Shown: one piece after another, positions 60,158 to 64,000 of the stretch
Position numbering within the stretch: position 1 is the first letter of the stretch
Layout of the letters: each line of letters begins with the position of its first letter
DNA from: Eledone cirrhosa
Lineage: Eukaryota
DNA length: 64,000 bases
Direction of reading: 5' to 3'
Assembly (NCBI GenBank): GCA_964016885.1
Contig: OZ024742.1
Span: 110,732,001 to 110,796,000 of the forward strand
The notes under the pieces: model-generated
The model's database searches: none
Told to the model about the DNA's origin: nothing
Seen by the model: only the letters and a program-made list of their open reading frames with translations
Translations under genes and position numbers: made by a program

Positions 60158-61124
60158 GATAAATCTACCAAAAGTTTACGGTAGTGTCCAATCAGTATGA
60201 AGAACTCAATGTAATCCGGATATCATGAAAAGAGAAGATGCATTCAAAAACTACTTTCGGTGAAAAATAAACGGAAGACAGAGTCAAGATAAATTAATAA
60301 AATAATGAATAAACAAAGAAACAGTTCCTTATATTAAAAAAATTCATCATTTTACGTTCGTTTCTAGGATATATATGTGTTAGAGTTGGTATGCATATTC
60401 TATAGATCTATGTACAATATTTATACAAACTATCAGAGAGAATATACATACCTACACATATATATGCTGTCTTCAGAAATAATGATATTTGTTTATTGAA
60501 AAAAACAAAGATTCAATACAATAGGTCTGTTTGGGAACAGGTTTTGAATTGACCAATAGAGAGATAGTGAGGGTCAGGATAGTAATATAGTAGTAGAAGA
60601 ACCTTAAATTATGGGTAGAGGAAGGTAGAATTCAGTTTTGGATGGAAAAGAATATTATGAATGAAGGATTATTTTAGGGAAGAAATAGGTCTTATGCTGA
60701 CCTCAGAAATAATTTTATTTTTTCAATTTTTCATTGAATAAAACCAACAAAGATCTAATATATTCTGTCTGTTTGGTAAGAGGTTTAGAATTAACCAATA
60801 GAAAGTTAATAATTGGCCAAATGGTAAAATAGTAGTAATTGAAGCTTATTTTAGGGGTGAAAATAGGTCAGGTGGTCAGTAAAAGGTATACAAGCAGTTG
60901 ATGTTATAAAATAGTAATGCCAATACAAATATCTAAGGTGACTAAAGTTTTAAGATAAGAATGTTAGTGAAAAAAATACATCTATGAAAAGAATATAAAT
61001 TAATTTAATTGATGGGTATATTTATATTGATAAAATTATACTAATACATATAGATATGATAAATAAGAGTTAGATGCAGTTGAAAAGTGCTGTTAAAGAT
61101 GAGGGGAAATTAAAAGAATATAAA

Positions 61125-61157
<33 letters not shown>

Positions 61158-62275
61158 CTCATACATATATATTTATACATATATATACACATACAGACAT
61201 ATATATATATATATATATATATATACACTTATATATATATATATATATACATATATATACACATACACACACACACATACACACATATATATATATACAT
61301 ATACATATAAATACACATATATATATATATACATAGATATATACATGCATATATACATACATACACATACATATACACACATATATACACTTATATATAC
61401 ATATAATTATTGGGGGGGGGATTAAATTTATTAGTGAGAAATAGTAAATATATATAGTTTTCAAGGAACATAGAGTCATAACCTGAAGTTAAAGCATTAT
61501 ATATGTTTACTTAATGGTATCAGTTTTAGGAAATGATATTTGTAAGAAGGAAAGCAAAATTATGTAGTTCATCAGTAGTAGAATATTAATTATAGATTAA
61601 CTAAATTAAAAATAGTTTATATATTAATTTCAAAAGTGTATATTAATTAGGTTTATCATTTTTAAAGCAGAATTATGTAGTTCATCAGTAGTAGAATATT
61701 AATTATAGGTTAACTAAATTAAAAATAATTTATAAATTAATTTCTAAAGTGTATATTAATTAGGTTTATAATATTTAAAGGTTTTTCTCAGTTTATGATT
61801 ACACGATATTATTAATTCCTAAAGTACCAGTAATGCACTGGGTAATTGCTGGCCTTGCGCCTAAAGTAGAAACAATTATTAATTCCTGTCGCTTATTTAA
61901 TAGGATATCCTTAGATTTCATTATTTCAAAAAGTTCTTGGGAACATAATCTACATTCATTTCTACTATTTTGATAAGGGGTGGCCCTTTTGAGCACACTC
62001 CAGGTCAGGTCATATTCTATATTCCTCTTTCTATAACTATTTATTATTTCAGCTAGAGATGTTGTATTAGCTAGTGCGGCATTTTTAAAGCTATGTTTGT
62101 GGGTATTAAATCTTACCTTAAATTTGTTAGAGGTAGCTCCTATATATCAATAAATTGAGTCCTTAGTGAAAACTTTACATTTATATACTATGTTATTAAC
62201 AAGGCAATTTCCTTTTAATGGACAGTTTGCCTTGTTTCTACAGTTACAACTTTTCGTGAATATATATATATATCG

Positions 62276-62280
<5 letters not shown>
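60155..62280 (-). mobile_element. Hydra-clade-like PLE family A 3' fragment with tail; SINE fragment inserted at ~61820-61881
   Basis: Endonuclease remnant ~61780-62260 ([27 protein letters not shown]); HHR 60344-60485; tail 60155-60288. Confidence 0.9.
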
Positions 62281-62359
<79 letters not shown>

Positions 62360-62406
62360 TATATATAGACACATATATATACACACACATATATATATAT
62401 ATATAT

Positions 62407-62960
62407 ATAAAATATTAAACAAATAATGAATAAAACAATGAAACAGTTCCTTATATTAAACAAAAAAAGTTCATTATTTAACGATCGTTTCTAGGATATA
62501 TATGTGTAAGAATTGGCATGCATATTCAACAGATCTATGTACAAAATTATACAAAATTATACAAACTATCAAGATTAAGTATACATACCAAACACACATA
62601 TATGCCGTCTTCAGAAATTATTTCTGAAGACGGCATATATGTGTGTTTGGTATGTATATTTAATCTTGATAGTTTGTATAATTTTGTATAATTTTGTACA
62701 TAGATCTGTTGAATATGCATGCCAATTCTAACACATATATATCCTAGAAACGATCGTTAAATAATGAACTTTTTTTGTTTAATATAAGGAACTGTTTCAT
62801 TGTTTTATTCATTATTTGTTTAATATTTTATCTTGACTCTGTATTCCGTTTATCTTTCACCGAAAGTGATTTTTCATTACATCTCTTCTTTCCATGATAT
62901 CCGGAATACATTGAGTTCTTCATACGGATTGGACACTACCGTAAACTCTTGGTAGATTTA

Positions 62961-62964
<4 letters not shown>
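62407..62964. mobile_element. Family A fold-back (212-bp arms, 1-nt loop, 133-nt right tail)
   Basis: Arms 62407-62618 / 62620-62831; HHR 62618-62764 and its mirror; tail 62832-62964. Confidence 0.92.
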
Positions 62965-63000
<36 letters not shown>

Positions 63001-63689
63001 TATATATACATATATATATATGTATGTATGTAAATGAATGTACATATATTTATATATTTGTATACGCTTTTCTTGTTATGTAAAAAACGGATAGAAAGAT
63101 GGATTAAAATATGCATACACTTACAGGCTCACACACGATCACGCGCACTGACACGTATATATATGTTGTCCATATGTAGTTTCACTACGAGAATCCACCA
63201 CACATTTAGAAAATATATCACTAGAAACCTACATAAATTTTGTTAACGTAACGTTTTTTTCTTTCTACGTGAATCGACGATCTTCAACATACGAAAGAAA
63301 TTCTAAATACATTTTGTAGCTGATTAATCTAATTTGCTTATCTAAGAGACAGCTAGAATATTTATCGTTTAGTAATATTCTTCTGAGACACATAACTGAC
63401 ACAATTGATAATTATCTAATCCACAGCGATGTCTTGACACAGAACGATAAATGTAATTTCACTGGCCAAGAAATTCAAACATTTGCGAAAGTGTATATGT
63501 GATAGTATCAGATAAATAAAATAAAATGAATATTATATATTTGGACTGTTCAATTATTTTGCTGAAGCATTAAAGGTTCATAAAATTTACCTACATCGGA
63601 GCATTGTATGGGAAATGAAATTTCTATGGTCGACTTGAACGACTAAACCCCTTTATGAGTGAGCTGCAGTATGGCCGCAAAATAATGAT

Positions 63690-64000
63690 TACAATAAGTC
63701 TCTAGCCTTCTTCATCTCCAGCTTTCTATCACTTCTAATAATTTCGATTCATTCAGTTTCCTATAACTTCTTTTCCTGTCGGCACTATCTTTTTCGAAAA
63801 CGTTACAATCGCTAACACATAAATACCCATGTCTACATATATACGCATTATATATATATGATAAATGCCACTTCGTTACAGAAGATTGCCATTTCTTCAA
63901 CGAATTCCATGCTTTTCGAACCAGCACCAACTGCTGGCTGCTGGCCAGTTTGATAACTGAACATGCTTTGTTTAGGTTACCTTTTCTAGACACTTTCCAT
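63690..64000 (-). pseudogene. Possible decayed DNA-transposase fragment
   Basis: Minus-strand peptides GSKSME..MAIF and YLCVSDCNVFEK loosely recall the GSSxxME...YxGDGDS motif of Kolobok/Mutator-like transposases; weak. Confidence 0.25.

Overview
AT-rich, microsatellite-saturated animal genomic DNA (repeat content suggests a cephalopod such as Octopus; inference) with no host protein-coding exon that I can support. Almost every predicted ORF is a translated (TA)n/(CA)n/(GA)n repeat. Real coding remnants are all transposon-derived: Penelope-like elements (PLEs) resembling three clades (Hydra, Nematis, Neptune), RTE-clade LINE 3' fragments, an internally deleted mariner and decayed hAT pieces. 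Non-coding repeats include Deu/Nin-domain SINEs and two non-autonomous Helitrons. The dominant unexplained structure is a set of about 15 fold-back insertions in (TA)n. Each has two element 3' ends facing outward, usually staggered so that one arm carries an extra 40-135 nt tail. Together they carry roughly 30 intact or decayed type I hammerhead ribozyme (HHR) motifs, including non-canonical cores. At least three families are small ORF-less HHR units (about 422, 654 and 457 bp) with direct terminal redundancy. They look like retrozyme-like circular or multimeric RNAs written into the genome with the same (TA)n-targeted, two-ended signature as the neighbouring PLEs. All motif and fold calls were made by eye.
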